Source of the DNA: an uncultured Gammaproteobacteria bacterium
GTDB taxonomy: Bacteria; Pseudomonadota; Gammaproteobacteria; UBA9214
DNA: 64,000 bases
Assembly: GCA_963701505.1 (NCBI GenBank)
Contig: CAVOZZ010000009.1
Location: 1,770 to 65,769, forward strand
Direction of reading: 5' to 3'
How positions within the stretch are numbered: the first letter of the stretch is position 1; each line of letters opens with the position of its first letter. The notes under the pieces are model-generated. The model searched no databases and was not told the DNA's origin. It saw only the letters and a list, made by a program, of their open reading frames with translations. The position numbers and the translations under genes are program-made. Shown in pieces: positions 17,790-27,986 of the stretch.

Positions 17790-17869
17790 CTCTCGTTCAT
17801 ATAGACCGTGTTTAAGTAGACGCCAAAGAAACGCCGGCCTGCTGCCGGTGGCAAACGGAGATTCCTTTC

Positions 17870-18118
17870 ATGTGTCTCGGCATCCCGATGCAGATCAAAT
17901 CCATCGATGGCTATACCGCCAACTGCGAGGCAAAAGGCGTACACCGCGAGGTCAGCCTGTTCATGCTGCAGGACGAGGCATTCCAGATCGACGATTTCGT
18001 TGTCGTCCACGTGGGTTATGCCATCCAGAAGATCACCCCCCGGGAGGCACGCACCGCCTGGGAAATGTATGACCTGATGCTGGCGGAGGAACCCGGCGAG
18101 GGTGGTGCCCATGCATGA
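17870..18118 (+). CDS. hypC: hydrogenase assembly chaperone HypC/HupF
   Basis: 82 aa starting MCLGIPMQI, with a GGAG SD. Confidence 0.9.
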   Translation: MCLGIPMQIKSIDGYTANCEAKGVHREVSLFMLQDEAFQIDDFVVVHVGYAIQKITPREARTAWEMYDLMLAEEPGEGGAHA

Positions 18119-18519
18119 ACTTGCTGTATGCCAGGCACTGATGGAACAGGTCGAGCGCATTGCACTGGAAGCAACGCGCCGACCAGGTAGTGGCTATCCA
18201 CCTCGGTATCGGGCCACTCTCGGGGGTCGAGCCCGGCCTGCTGGAGCAGGCATTCACGGTCGCCCGTGCAGGCACGGTTGCCGATCGTGCAGAACTGGTG
18301 ATCGACCGCATGGCGATCCGGGTCAGCTGCAAGCAATGCGGCCAGGTAACGGATGCCCTGCCAAGTCGGCTGCTGTGCGGAAACTGTGGCGACTGGCACA
18401 CCAGCCTGGTGAGCGGCGATGAACTGCTGCTGCAGCATGTGGAGATTGTCAGACAGGCGCTGGAAGAACCAGCGGATCCTGAAATCGCCATGCCGGCAAG
18501 ACGCGAGCAGTGTAACTAA
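18111..18519 (+). pseudogene. hypA: hydrogenase nickel insertion protein HypA, one frame switch near 18175 as assembled
   Basis: MHELAVCQALMEQVERIALE is in the frame of ORF 18102. The remainder is in ORF 18160..18519 with zinc motifs CKQCG and CGNCG. Confidence 0.85.
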
Positions 18520-18561
18520 ACCACACCCGCAGGAGCGGGTTGACGTTGTCAGGAGAGAAGG

Positions 18562-19347
18562 ATGTGTGATACCTGCGGTTGTAACGTGACACCGGGCAAT
18601 GCCCACCTGCTGAAGCCGGGTGGCCGCCTGTCCAGAACAGAGAACGGCCACGAGGCCGTCAGCGTATTACACGGCCTGCTGCAGGCCAATGACCACACGG
18701 CTGCACACAATCGCCAGCATTTTGAACGGCATGGCGTGCTCGCCATCAACCTCATGTCCTCTCCCGGCGCGGGCAAGACCAGCCTGCTCGAGGCGACCAT
18801 CGATGCCCTGCGGGACGAGCTGTCCATCGCCGTGATCGAAGGTGACCTTGAAACCGAGAACGATGCCAGCCGGATTCGCGCCCATGGCGTGCCTGCCATT
18901 CAGATCACGACCGGCAGCGCCTGCCACCTGGATGCACACATGGTGCACGACGCGCTGCACCAGCTGGACCTGAACAAGCTGGATATCGTGTTCATAGAAA
19001 ACGTCGGCAACCTGGTGTGTCCGGCCAGCTTTGATCTCGGCCAGCAGCGTAATATCACCCTGTTGTCGGTCCCGGAAGGAGATGACAAGCCGGCCAAGTA
19101 CCCGGTGATGTTTCGTACCGCGGACCTGGTGCTGCTCAGCAAGTGTGACCTGCTGCCGGTACTGGATGATTTCAAGCCGGACAATGCCCGCCGCTATTTG
19201 CGGGAACTCGCCAGCGCCGCACCGGTATTTGAATTGTCCGCAAAAACGGCTGCCGGCATGGACGCATGGATTGACTGGCTACAGGCCGAGCGGGCACAGC
19301 TGGAACAGCGGGCGGGAAGTCTCGCAGCGGCCCCGGGCCCGGCATGA
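18562..19347 (+). CDS. hypB: hydrogenase nickel incorporation GTPase HypB
   Basis: MCDTCGC N-terminus, P-loop SSPGAGKT, ENVGNLVCP. Confidence 0.9.
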   Translation: MCDTCGCNVTPGNAHLLKPGGRLSRTENGHEAVSVLHGLLQANDHTAAHNRQHFERHGVLAINLMSSPGAGKTSLLEATIDALRDELSIAVIEGDLETENDASRIRAHGVPAIQITTGSACHLDAHMVHDALHQLDLNKLDIVFIENVGNLVCPASFDLGQQRNITLLSVPEGDDKPAKYPVMFRTADLVLLSKCDLLPVLDDFKPDNARRYLRELASAAPVFELSAKTAAGMDAWIDWLQAERAQLEQRAGSLAAAPGPA

Positions 19348-20468
19348 CAACCACCACGGCACGGGACTGGCTGCGACGCATCCACGCGCTGCCCCTGCCG
19401 CCGCGCGTAAAAATCATGAACGTCTGCGGCGGCCACGAGCGCTCCATCACCATGGCCGGGCTGCGCAGCGCACTGCCGCGCAATATCGAACTGGTCCCCG
19501 GCCCGGGCTGCCCGGTGTGTATTTGTCCGGAAGAGGATATCTTCGAGGCCATTCAGCTGTCACTGCACGAGGACATCATCCTGGTGGCCTATGGCGATAT
19601 GCTGCGCGTACCGGTCAATGTGGCGCGTTGCGAGGCACGCACCCTGGAAGAGGCCAGGGCCAGGGGGGCCGATATCCGGCCGGTATCCTCCCCGCAGGAA
19701 GCGGCGCATATTGCCCGCGACCATGGCGGCAAGCCGGTGATCTTTTTTGCGGCCGGTTTCGAGACCACCACGGCACCGGCCGCCGCATTGCTGGTCGAGG
19801 GCGTTCCCGATAACCTGTTTATCCTGCTGTCCGGCCGTCTTACCTGGCCCGCGGTGGCCATGCTGCTGGAATCGGGTTCCCCCGGCTTCGATGCACTGGT
19901 GGCGCCAGGACATGTCGCGACCATCATGGGTCCGGAAGAGTGGCAATTCGTCGTGGAGCAACACGGAATCCCGGCCGCGGTAGCTGGTTTTACGGCGGAA
20001 AGTCTGCTGGCCGCGATGTATTCCACGCTGCGCCAGTTGCTCGAGGAGCGGCGCTTCCTTGATAACTGCTATCCCGAGGTCGTCAAGCCCGGCGGCAACC
20101 GGGCCGCACAGCGGCAACTGCGTCAGGCCATGGAAGTGACCGATGCCAACTGGCGAGGTGTGGGCATCATTCCCGCCTCCGGCTTTGCCCTGAATGCCGA
20201 CTACCGGGCACACGATGCGCGTCTTGCCTTTCCCCGCTATGCGGACGATGCCCGCAAGCGGGCCGGTGAAATGCCACCCGGCTGTGACTGTGCCAGCGTG
20301 GTACTGGGCAAGATCTATCCCAACGAGTGCCGCCTGTTCGGGATCGCCTGCAAGCCACGTCACCCCATCGGTCCCTGCATGGTGTCCGATGAGGGCGCCT
20401 GCCGTATCTGGTGGTCGAGCGGCCTGCGTGAACCGGTTGCTACCACAGCACGGCAGGTAACGGTATGA
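19344..20468 (+). CDS. hypD: hydrogenase formation protein HypD
   Basis: 374 aa. Motifs VCGGHERSI, GPGCPVC and FETT. ATGA overlap with hypB. Confidence 0.9.
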   Translation: MTTTTARDWLRRIHALPLPPRVKIMNVCGGHERSITMAGLRSALPRNIELVPGPGCPVCICPEEDIFEAIQLSLHEDIILVAYGDMLRVPVNVARCEARTLEEARARGADIRPVSSPQEAAHIARDHGGKPVIFFAAGFETTTAPAAALLVEGVPDNLFILLSGRLTWPAVAMLLESGSPGFDALVAPGHVATIMGPEEWQFVVEQHGIPAAVAGFTAESLLAAMYSTLRQLLEERRFLDNCYPEVVKPGGNRAAQRQLRQAMEVTDANWRGVGIIPASGFALNADYRAHDARLAFPRYADDARKRAGEMPPGCDCASVVLGKIYPNECRLFGIACKPRHPIGPCMVSDEGACRIWWSSGLREPVATTARQVTV

Positions 20469-20520
20469 CGGGCACGCTGCGTCTTGCCGATGCAGCGACC
20501 TGTCCGGCTGCTTCATTATC

Positions 20521-22815
20521 ATGGACCTGAATGTCTCCGATACGAGTGCAGCGCCCGTTGAGGCACTGCACCTGGTCGTATCCGGGCGGGTGCAAGGAGT
20601 CGGCTTTCGCCCCTTTATCTACCGCCTGGCACACACCCATAATCTGAACGGCTGGGTACGGAACTGCACCGGCCAGGTGGAAATACACATTCAGGGAGAA
20701 GGCCAGGCCCTGTACGCCTTCACCCGCCGGTTAATGCAGCACGCACCCCCCCTGTCACAGCCGATACTGGAAAGTTGTGAACCTGCCACGGTTGACGCAC
20801 TTGACGGTTTCACCATCCGTGAGAGCACGGCCGCCGGCAACGGCAACATCCACGTACCGCCGGACCTGTTTACCTGTGATGACTGCCTCGCAGAACTGCA
20901 CAATCCGCAGGACCGGCGCTATCGCTACCCGTTTATCAATTGCACCCAGTGCGGGCCACGCTACACCCTGATCCGTGGCATGCCCTATGATCGTCCGGCA
21001 ACGACCATGGCCGCCTTTGAACTCTGCGACGATTGCCGACGCGAATACAGCGACCCGCACAACCGCCGCTTTCATGCCGAGCCGGTTGCCTGTCCGGCCT
21101 GCGGTCCGACACTGCAGTTCACGGCCCCGGACATGAAGTCCATCAATGGCAACAAGGCCGCGCTAACGGCCTGCGTGGCCGCCCTGCAGGCCGGCAACAT
21201 TGTCGCCGTCAAGGGGATCGGTGGCTATCACCTCATGTGTGATGCCCGCAATGACACCGCGATTGCACGCCTGCGCCGCAGCAAGCCGCGGCCACACAAA
21301 CCACTGGCAGTGATGTTCCCTGCCCTGCCGGGCAGCCCGCTGAAATGCGTCAACCACAAGGTCTGGCTGTCACGCGACCAGGCTGACCTGTTGCTGTCGC
21401 CGGGACGGCCCATCGTGCTGGCACGCAAGCGTCCCGGCTTTGACTTATCTGCACTGATTGCACCTGGCCTGGACGAGATCGGGGTGATGCTACCCTACAG
21501 TCCCTTGCACCATCTGCTACTGTCGGACTTTGAGGCCCCCTTGATCGCCACCTCGGCGAATATCAGTGGCGAGCCGGTACTGACCGAAAATGCGGCCGTC
21601 GAGGAACGTCTTGGCCATGTTGCCAGCGCCTTCCTGCACCATGATCGCCCCATCGAGCGACCTGCCGATGATCCGGTATTCCGGGTCATTCAGGACCGGC
21701 CCCGTCCGCTGCGCCTCGGGCGCGGCAATGCCCCTCTGGAACTCACCCTGCCGGTTACCCTGGAGTCAGCCGTCCTCGCGGTGGGTGGTCACATGAAAAA
21801 CACCATCGCGCTGGCCTGGCAGGACCGCGTCGTGGTCTCACCGCACATCGGCGACATGGGCACGGCACGCAGCCTGGCCGTATTTGAACAGAGCATCCAC
21901 GACCTGCAATCCCTCTATGGTGTCCATGCGACCGCCGTCATTTGTGATGCCCATCCCGCCTATGCCACCAGCCGCTGGGCGCAGCGCTGTGGCCTGCCAG
22001 TCCACCGGGTCTTTCATCATCATGCCCATGCCGCGGCGGCCACGGACAGGGATGAGATCACCACAGACCGCCTGGTGTTCACCTGGGACGGCGTCGGTTA
22101 CGGCGAGGACGGCACCCTCTGGGGCGGCGAGGCCCTGCTGGGCCACCCCGGACAGTGGCAACGCTTCGCGACCCTGCGGCCCTTTCACCTGCCGGGCGGC
22201 GAACAGGCCGGGCGCGAACCGTGGCGCAGCGCTGCCGCGCTATGCTGGGAAACGGGGCAGGACTGGCCGGGACTGCCCGCAGCGACCACGCTGTTACAAC
22301 AGGCCTGGCAACGGCGCCTGAACGCTCCGCAGACCAGCGCCGCGGGACGACTGTTCGATGCCGCGGCGGCACTGACCGGTCTGTGCACGCATGCCAGTTT
22401 CGAGGGGCAGGGACCCATGTTGCTGGAGGCTGCCTGTACCGACAGCGCCACAGCGGTCACCCTCCCCCTGACGGCAACCGCGGACGGCCTGCTGCAGTCA
22501 GACTGGGCTCCGCTGCTGCCGGCATTGCTGGATGCCAGCCGCCCGGTGGCCGAACGGGCCGCGATGTTCCACGCCAGTCTCGCCGACACCCTGCTGCAAC
22601 AGGCACGGCGTGCACGGGCCCGCCATGGAGTGAACCGTATTGGCCTGGGCGGTGGTGTATTCCAGAACCGGGTGTTGACCGAGCAGGCCTGCAAGTGGCT
22701 GCAAACTGATGGTTTCCAGGTACAACTGCCGGAGAAGATCCCCGTCAATGACGCCGGACTCAGCTATGGACAGGTACTCGAGTACGCGCTGCGGCTGCAC
22801 AGCAGCGTGCAATAG
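20521..22815 (+). CDS. hypF: carbamoyltransferase HypF
   Basis: 764 aa. Acylphosphatase-like N-terminus (GRVQGVGFRPFIY), two Zn-finger pairs (CDDCLAEL/CTQCGPRY, CDDCRREY/CPACGP), and YrdC- and Kae1-like regions. Intact frame. Confidence 0.92.
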   Translation: MDLNVSDTSAAPVEALHLVVSGRVQGVGFRPFIYRLAHTHNLNGWVRNCTGQVEIHIQGEGQALYAFTRRLMQHAPPLSQPILESCEPATVDALDGFTIRESTAAGNGNIHVPPDLFTCDDCLAELHNPQDRRYRYPFINCTQCGPRYTLIRGMPYDRPATTMAAFELCDDCRREYSDPHNRRFHAEPVACPACGPTLQFTAPDMKSINGNKAALTACVAALQAGNIVAVKGIGGYHLMCDARNDTAIARLRRSKPRPHKPLAVMFPALPGSPLKCVNHKVWLSRDQADLLLSPGRPIVLARKRPGFDLSALIAPGLDEIGVMLPYSPLHHLLLSDFEAPLIATSANISGEPVLTENAAVEERLGHVASAFLHHDRPIERPADDPVFRVIQDRPRPLRLGRGNAPLELTLPVTLESAVLAVGGHMKNTIALAWQDRVVVSPHIGDMGTARSLAVFEQSIHDLQSLYGVHATAVICDAHPAYATSRWAQRCGLPVHRVFHHHAHAAAATDRDEITTDRLVFTWDGVGYGEDGTLWGGEALLGHPGQWQRFATLRPFHLPGGEQAGREPWRSAAALCWETGQDWPGLPAATTLLQQAWQRRLNAPQTSAAGRLFDAAAALTGLCTHASFEGQGPMLLEAACTDSATAVTLPLTATADGLLQSDWAPLLPALLDASRPVAERAAMFHASLADTLLQQARRARARHGVNRIGLGGGVFQNRVLTEQACKWLQTDGFQVQLPEKIPVNDAGLSYGQVLEYALRLHSSVQ

Positions 22816-22936
22816 CTGCGGGATAAGGCAAACACCCACCCTGCTCTCACGAAGGGAGAGGTGACATTCTGTTTTTTTACGGTTTTCATTCACGATGGCA
22901 TTAAGCATCATTCAATGAATGCTTAAGGAGGCCTCT

Positions 22937-23209
22937 ATGAAACACATTATCGATGTAGAAAACATCAAGTGCGGTGGCTGCGCCAACACCATTATGAAAA
23001 CACTGGGCAAGCTCGATGGCGTTGAACAGGTCAGCGTGGATATTGAACAGGGCCGTGTCAGCGTCGATGCCGCTGATGACAGCCGCGAACAACTGCTCGA
23101 GACACTGTTGCACAGTGGCTATCCGGAGAAAGGCTCGGCTGACGGCATCAAGGCGGCAACGGCAAAGGCGAGGTCCTTTGTCAGTTGCGCCATTGGCAAG
23201 ATCAGCTAG
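22937..23209 (+). CDS. heavy-metal-associated (HMA) domain protein
   Basis: ATG 22937 with an AAGGAGG SD. MKHIIDVENIKCGGCANTIMKTLGKLDGVEQVSVD: CxxC in the HMA position. Confidence 0.75.
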   Translation: MKHIIDVENIKCGGCANTIMKTLGKLDGVEQVSVDIEQGRVSVDAADDSREQLLETLLHSGYPEKGSADGIKAATAKARSFVSCAIGKIS

Positions 23210-23227
23210 ATATCGAACAAACCCGGC

Positions 23228-24229
23228 ATGGAAGACACCCACATCTCGCTCGCGCACGGCAACGGTGGCCGTTTCATGCGCGAACTGATCGACGAAATCT
23301 TTGCCCGCCACCTGAGCAACCCGGAGCTGGACGTGCACGCCGATGCCGTGCCGCTGGCGCTGCATGGCCGCGACATCATGTTCACCACCGATGGCTTCAC
23401 GGTGCAGCCGCTGGAGTTCCCGGGCGGCAACATCGGCTCACTGGCGGTGCATGGCACCACCAATGACCTGGCGGTCGCAGGCGCCACGCCGAAGTACCTG
23501 AGCCTGAATGCCTTTATCGAGGAAGGCATGGAAATCGCCGTGCTGGAGCGCATCATCAAAAGCCTCGCCGACAGTGCCCGCGCCATTGACGTACAGGTCG
23601 TGGCCGGAGACACCAAGGTGCTGCGCCGCGGCGAAGGCGGCGGCCTGTACCTGGCCACCACCGGCGTCGGCATCCGCAGTGACCGCGCTCTTGGACTGAA
23701 CCAGATCCGCGACCGCGATGTCATCCTTGTCAGTGGACCGGTGGGCGACCACGGCATTGCCGTGCTGCTGGCGCGCGAGGCATTCGGCCTGCAAGGTGAG
23801 CTGTTATCCGATGCCGCCAGTGTGCTGCCACTGACCCGGGAAGCACTCAAGGTGCCCGGGCTGCGCTTCATGCGCGACCCGACACGCGGCGGGCTGGCGA
23901 CGGTCGCCCATGAATTACAGCGCGCCACCGGCATGGGCATTCGTCTCTCGCAGCAGGCCATCCCGGTACGCGACCCGGTGCAGTCGGTCTGCGACATGCT
24001 CGGCTACGATCCCCTGTACCTGGCGTGTGAAGGACGGGTCGTTGCGGTCGTCGCCCCCGACGAGGCCGAGCCATTATTACAGCGCTGGCAAGCGCTGACG
24101 GAAGGGGAGGATGCCGCCATCATTGGCAGTGTCAACAGTTCCGGCAGGCAGGTGCTGTTGCACACCGAACTCGGCGGTGAACGCATCCTGGAAGAACTCG
24201 AGGATGACCCGCTGCCAAGAATCTGCTGA
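23228..24229 (+). CDS. hypE: hydrogenase expression/formation protein HypE
   Basis: 333 aa. AIR-synthase-like fold motifs and a C-terminal PRIC. Confidence 0.92.
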   Translation: MEDTHISLAHGNGGRFMRELIDEIFARHLSNPELDVHADAVPLALHGRDIMFTTDGFTVQPLEFPGGNIGSLAVHGTTNDLAVAGATPKYLSLNAFIEEGMEIAVLERIIKSLADSARAIDVQVVAGDTKVLRRGEGGGLYLATTGVGIRSDRALGLNQIRDRDVILVSGPVGDHGIAVLLAREAFGLQGELLSDAASVLPLTREALKVPGLRFMRDPTRGGLATVAHELQRATGMGIRLSQQAIPVRDPVQSVCDMLGYDPLYLACEGRVVAVVAPDEAEPLLQRWQALTEGEDAAIIGSVNSSGRQVLLHTELGGERILEELEDDPLPRIC

Positions 24230-24255
24230 GTGTAACCCGGGACATTGCCAAACAC

Positions 24256-25704
24256 ATGACCGCCCATCACTACCGGCTGCACCTGGTCTGCCTGCTGGGG
24301 CTACTGGCCCTGCCGTCCATGGCATATGCCTGGCAGTTTCATACCTCGCACAGCGATCCCATTGCACCGGTCCTGCTTGGTGTAACCGGCATCCTCTTCA
24401 TGGCGTTGCTGGGGCGATTCGGTGCGCGCAAGCTGGGCCTGCCTTCCGTGCTTGGAGAGCTCGGCATGGGTATCCTGATCGGCAACCTGGCCTACCTGCT
24501 CGACTTTGACCTGGTCGTCGTGCTGCGCGAGGGACCGGCATTTTTTGATGCCGTGAAGGACCTGCTGCATTGCGAGGCGGCGGATCTGGCCTGTATTCAT
24601 GCGCTGAGCACGGCACAGGCAGAACACATGCTCGCGCTGCTGCGCGGCCCACATGGCACCGAACTGATTCAGGTGGCACACACACTGGACGTCTTCTCCC
24701 GCTACGGGATCATCTTCCTGCTGTTCATGGTTGGCTTGCGCACCAGCATAGACGAAATGCGCCAGGTCGGCCCGGACTCCCTGCGCGTGGCAGTGATCGG
24801 CGTCATCGTGCCTTTTGCGCTCGGTTTTGCCTCCTCACGCCTGCTGATTCCCGACATTCCCCTGCATACCAGCCTGTTCCTCGGTGCCGCACTCGGTGCC
24901 ACCAGTGTCGGCATCACCGTCATGGTGCTGCAGGAACTGAAAATGGAGGGCACCAGGATCGCACGCATCATCCTCGGTGCCGCGGTCATCGATGACATTC
25001 TCGGTCTGCTGCTGCTCTCGATCGTCAGTGGCATCGTCGTCACCGGCGGCATCGAAACAGCGCAGATACTGGTCGTGATCATCATGACCGCCCTGTTCCT
25101 GGCCGGTGCCATCGTCCTGGGGCCCTGGCTGTTGAAAATTACCATCCATCTGGTACGCCACCTCGATCTCATGGAAGCGAAGATGTTTATTTCGTTCCTG
25201 TTTGTCATGGTACTGGCCTGGATGGCGAATCTGGCGGGGCTGGCCACCATCGTCGGGGCGTTTACGGCGGGACTGATTATGCAGGATGCCTATTTCAGGC
25301 ACTGGGGTCACGAGCGCGAGCACACCATCTGTATCAAGGATCTGATCATGCCACTGGAGGTGATCCTGGTGCCGATCTTCTTCGTGCTGATGGGTATACA
25401 GGTGAAACTGGAGATGTTCCTCCACTGGAATATCGTGTTCCTCGCCGGAGGCCTGCTGGTCTCGGCAATCCTTGGCAAGCTGGTTGCCGGGCTCGGCGCC
25501 TCCCGTGGCAACAACCGCTGGGCGATCGGTATTGGCATGCTGCCGCGCGGCGAGGTTGGTCTGATCTTCGCCGCAATCGGCAAGAGCCTTGACGTGGTCG
25601 ATGACGCATTGTTCTCCGCCATCGTGCTGATGGTCATCCTCACAAGCCTGCTCGCTCCGCCGCTGCTGAAGCTGAGCCTGCAGCGCGCACCACCCACTGA
25701 CTGA
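24256..25704 (+). CDS. cation:proton antiporter (CPA2/Kef-like Na_H exchanger family)
   Basis: 482 aa and polytopic, with typical segments GELGMGILIGN and IIFLLFMVGL. Starts 26 nt after hypE. Confidence 0.75.
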   Translation: MTAHHYRLHLVCLLGLLALPSMAYAWQFHTSHSDPIAPVLLGVTGILFMALLGRFGARKLGLPSVLGELGMGILIGNLAYLLDFDLVVVLREGPAFFDAVKDLLHCEAADLACIHALSTAQAEHMLALLRGPHGTELIQVAHTLDVFSRYGIIFLLFMVGLRTSIDEMRQVGPDSLRVAVIGVIVPFALGFASSRLLIPDIPLHTSLFLGAALGATSVGITVMVLQELKMEGTRIARIILGAAVIDDILGLLLLSIVSGIVVTGGIETAQILVVIIMTALFLAGAIVLGPWLLKITIHLVRHLDLMEAKMFISFLFVMVLAWMANLAGLATIVGAFTAGLIMQDAYFRHWGHEREHTICIKDLIMPLEVILVPIFFVLMGIQVKLEMFLHWNIVFLAGGLLVSAILGKLVAGLGASRGNNRWAIGIGMLPRGEVGLIFAAIGKSLDVVDDALFSAIVLMVILTSLLAPPLLKLSLQRAPPTD

Positions 25705-25873
25705 ACAGTGCCTGCAGGCGTGCTTTATGCATAACACGCGTCATGGGATACTCTCGCTTGCTAACAGGCCGGTCCCTGTGATGCGGCTGGCTGAATAACA
25801 GACGGGACATCAACACCATGCGATTTCCATCACGGCATCAGGATACGGCCGGCGAGCTGCTCGCAACGCACTC

Positions 25874-26359
25874 ATGAGCAAGCTGAGGCATGCAATCAAC
25901 CTGGGGGTATTTCTGTTTGCCCTGTGGCTGCTGTTGTCCGGCCATTACACCCCCCTGCTGCTGCTATTGGGCATCGTCTCGACGCTGCTGGTGGTGTTTC
26001 TGACGACCCGTGCAGACCTGATTGACCGGGAAACCCAGCCCGTTCTCATCAAACCCTCGGTACTGCTCTACTGGGCCTGGCTGGGTCGGGAGATCATCAA
26101 GTCAAATATTGACGTCAGCCGTCGCATCCTCAGCCCCAGCCTGCCCATCAGTCCGACTATTTTCACCCTCAGGGCCTCGCAGAAAACCGAACTGGGACGG
26201 GTCACTTATGCCAACTCGATCACCCTGGTGCCGGGCACGGTCACCGTAGACGTCGACGAGGATATATTCACGGTGCATGCCCTGACGCAGGAAATTGCAG
26301 CAGACCTCAAGCGCGGTGAAATGAACCGCCGGGTGTGCGAGGTGGAGAAGGTTTTTTAA
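25874..26359 (+). CDS. mrpE: Mrp/Mnh antiporter subunit E
   Basis: 161 aa. LFALWLLLSGHYTP.. and ITLVPGTVTVDVDEDIFTVHAL are typical of MnhE. Confidence 0.8.
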   Translation: MSKLRHAINLGVFLFALWLLLSGHYTPLLLLLGIVSTLLVVFLTTRADLIDRETQPVLIKPSVLLYWAWLGREIIKSNIDVSRRILSPSLPISPTIFTLRASQKTELGRVTYANSITLVPGTVTVDVDEDIFTVHALTQEIAADLKRGEMNRRVCEVEKVF

Positions 26360-26646
26360 TGTTCATCGCCGTCTCCAGCGTGATCCTGGTTGCAATTGCC
26401 GTGGGACTGGTGCGCGCCTTCCGCGGGCCGACGCTCTATGATCGTGTACTGGCTGCCAATATGATCGGCACCCTGACCGTGTTGATGGTCGCCGTCCTCG
26501 GTTTTATGACCGGGCGTCCCGAGTTTCTGGACATCGCCCTGGTGTACGTGCTGATCTCCTTCGTGAGCACCATCGCCGTGCTGCGGGTGCACAACCCCGG
26601 TGCTGGCACAACGGACAGCAGCGCAACGGGATCCGGCGAAGGGTGA
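26359..26646 (+). CDS. mrpF: Mrp/Mnh antiporter subunit F
   Basis: TAATG overlap with mrpE. MFIAVSSVILVAIAVGLVRAFRGPTLYDRVLAANMIGT. Confidence 0.8.
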   Translation: MFIAVSSVILVAIAVGLVRAFRGPTLYDRVLAANMIGTLTVLMVAVLGFMTGRPEFLDIALVYVLISFVSTIAVLRVHNPGAGTTDSSATGSGEG

Positions 26647-26963
26647 TGGACGTGGTCGTTGCGGTACTGAGCTGGAGCTGCCTGCTGGGAGGCGCAATCT
26701 TCCTGCTGATAGGCGCCATCGGCGTGCTGCGGTTTCCTGACTTTTATACCCGTCTGCATGCCGTCAGCGTCTGTGACACCCTCGGCGCCGGGCTGGTGCT
26801 GGCCGGGTTGATGCTGCAGGGCGGTTGGAGCCTGGTGACGGTAAAGTTGCTGCTGATGTTCTACTTCATGATGTTCACCGGCCCGACGGCCGTTCATGCA
26901 CTGGCCCAGGCGGCCTTGCAGGGAAAGCTGCCAGCGGTTGTCGATGAGCGCGAGCCTGAATAA
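26646..26963 (+). CDS. mrpG: Mrp/Mnh antiporter subunit G
   Basis: TGATG overlap with mrpF. GAIGVLRFPDFYTRLHA motif. Confidence 0.8.
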   Translation: MDVVVAVLSWSCLLGGAIFLLIGAIGVLRFPDFYTRLHAVSVCDTLGAGLVLAGLMLQGGWSLVTVKLLLMFYFMMFTGPTAVHALAQAALQGKLPAVVDEREPE

Positions 26964-27928
26964 TGGAGAACCTGATAAACGATGTGCTGCTCGGGCTGTT
27001 GATGATTACCGGCTTTGCCATCGTGCGCATGAAAAGCCTGCTCGGCGGTGACCATGCTGACCAGCATCTACAGCCTGCTCTCGGCATCCTTGTTCGTAGT
27101 GCTGGACGCCGTCGACGTTGCCCTCACCGAGGCAGCTATCGGCGCGGGCATTGCAACCGTCCTGATGGTGGCAACGGTTGCACTCACCACGGACGAGGAA
27201 AAAGTGCCACAGCACACACCACTGCTGCCACTGGTCGTGGTCATGGCAACCGGTGCGGCACTCATCTACGGCACCCTGGACATGCCACACTACGGCGATC
27301 CGGCGGCACCCGCACACCGCTATGTGGCGCCCAGCCTATCTCCACGATTCACCCGGGGAAATCGGCGTTCCGAATGTCGTCACCTCGGTGCTGGCGAGTT
27401 ACCGCGGCTACGACACCCTGGGCGAGGTGACGGTTATTTTCACTGCCGCTGCCGGCGTGCTGGCGTTGCTCGGTTATCGCACCCGCGGGCGAAATATAGA
27501 AGCGGCGGGCATCAGAAGACTGGTTGTGCTGCGCGTCATTGCCAAGCTGTTCTTCCCGCTGATACTTGCTGTTTGCACTCTATGTGCAGTTTCATGGTGA
27601 TTACGGCCCCGGCGGTGGATTCCAGGCAGGGGTGATCTTTGCGACCGGCTTTATTCTCTATGCCCTGGCCTTCGGACTGGGCACTGCACAACGGCTCATA
27701 CCAGACCGGCTGCTGCGTATCCTGGCGGCGGCCGGGGTACTGCTTTATGCGGCTGTCGGCATCGAGAGCATGCTGCTGGGAGGGAAGTTCCTTGAATACC
27801 GCGTGCTCGCGGATGACCCGGTAACCGGTCAGCACCTCGGCATCCTGCTCATCGAGCTGGGTGTCGGCATTACCGTTGCCTCGGTGCTGCTTATTATCTA
27901 TTACGGCTTTGTCAGCCGGCGGCACTAG
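26963..27928 (+). pseudogene. mrpB: Mrp subunit B fused to a DUF4040/MbhD-E-like N-terminal part; 3 frame switches as assembled
   Basis: Consecutive pieces in ORFs 26963.., 27048.., 27178.. and 27566..27928 (..LTEAAIGAGIATVLM.., ..VVTSVLASYRGYDTLGEVTVIFTAA.., ..YVQFHGDYGPGGGFQAGVI..). Confidence 0.75.
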
Positions 27929-27986
27929 CCTGATAACAACGGCTACAGAACCCGTTCATGCCAGGTGACTGATTTTTGATTTGATA

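Noticed and set aside
25705-25873. FNR-like box TTTATgcatAACAC upstream of the Mrp cluster
   Set aside because: It lacks the critical G of TTGAT and has a poor second half-site, so it is not comparable to the strong boxes.
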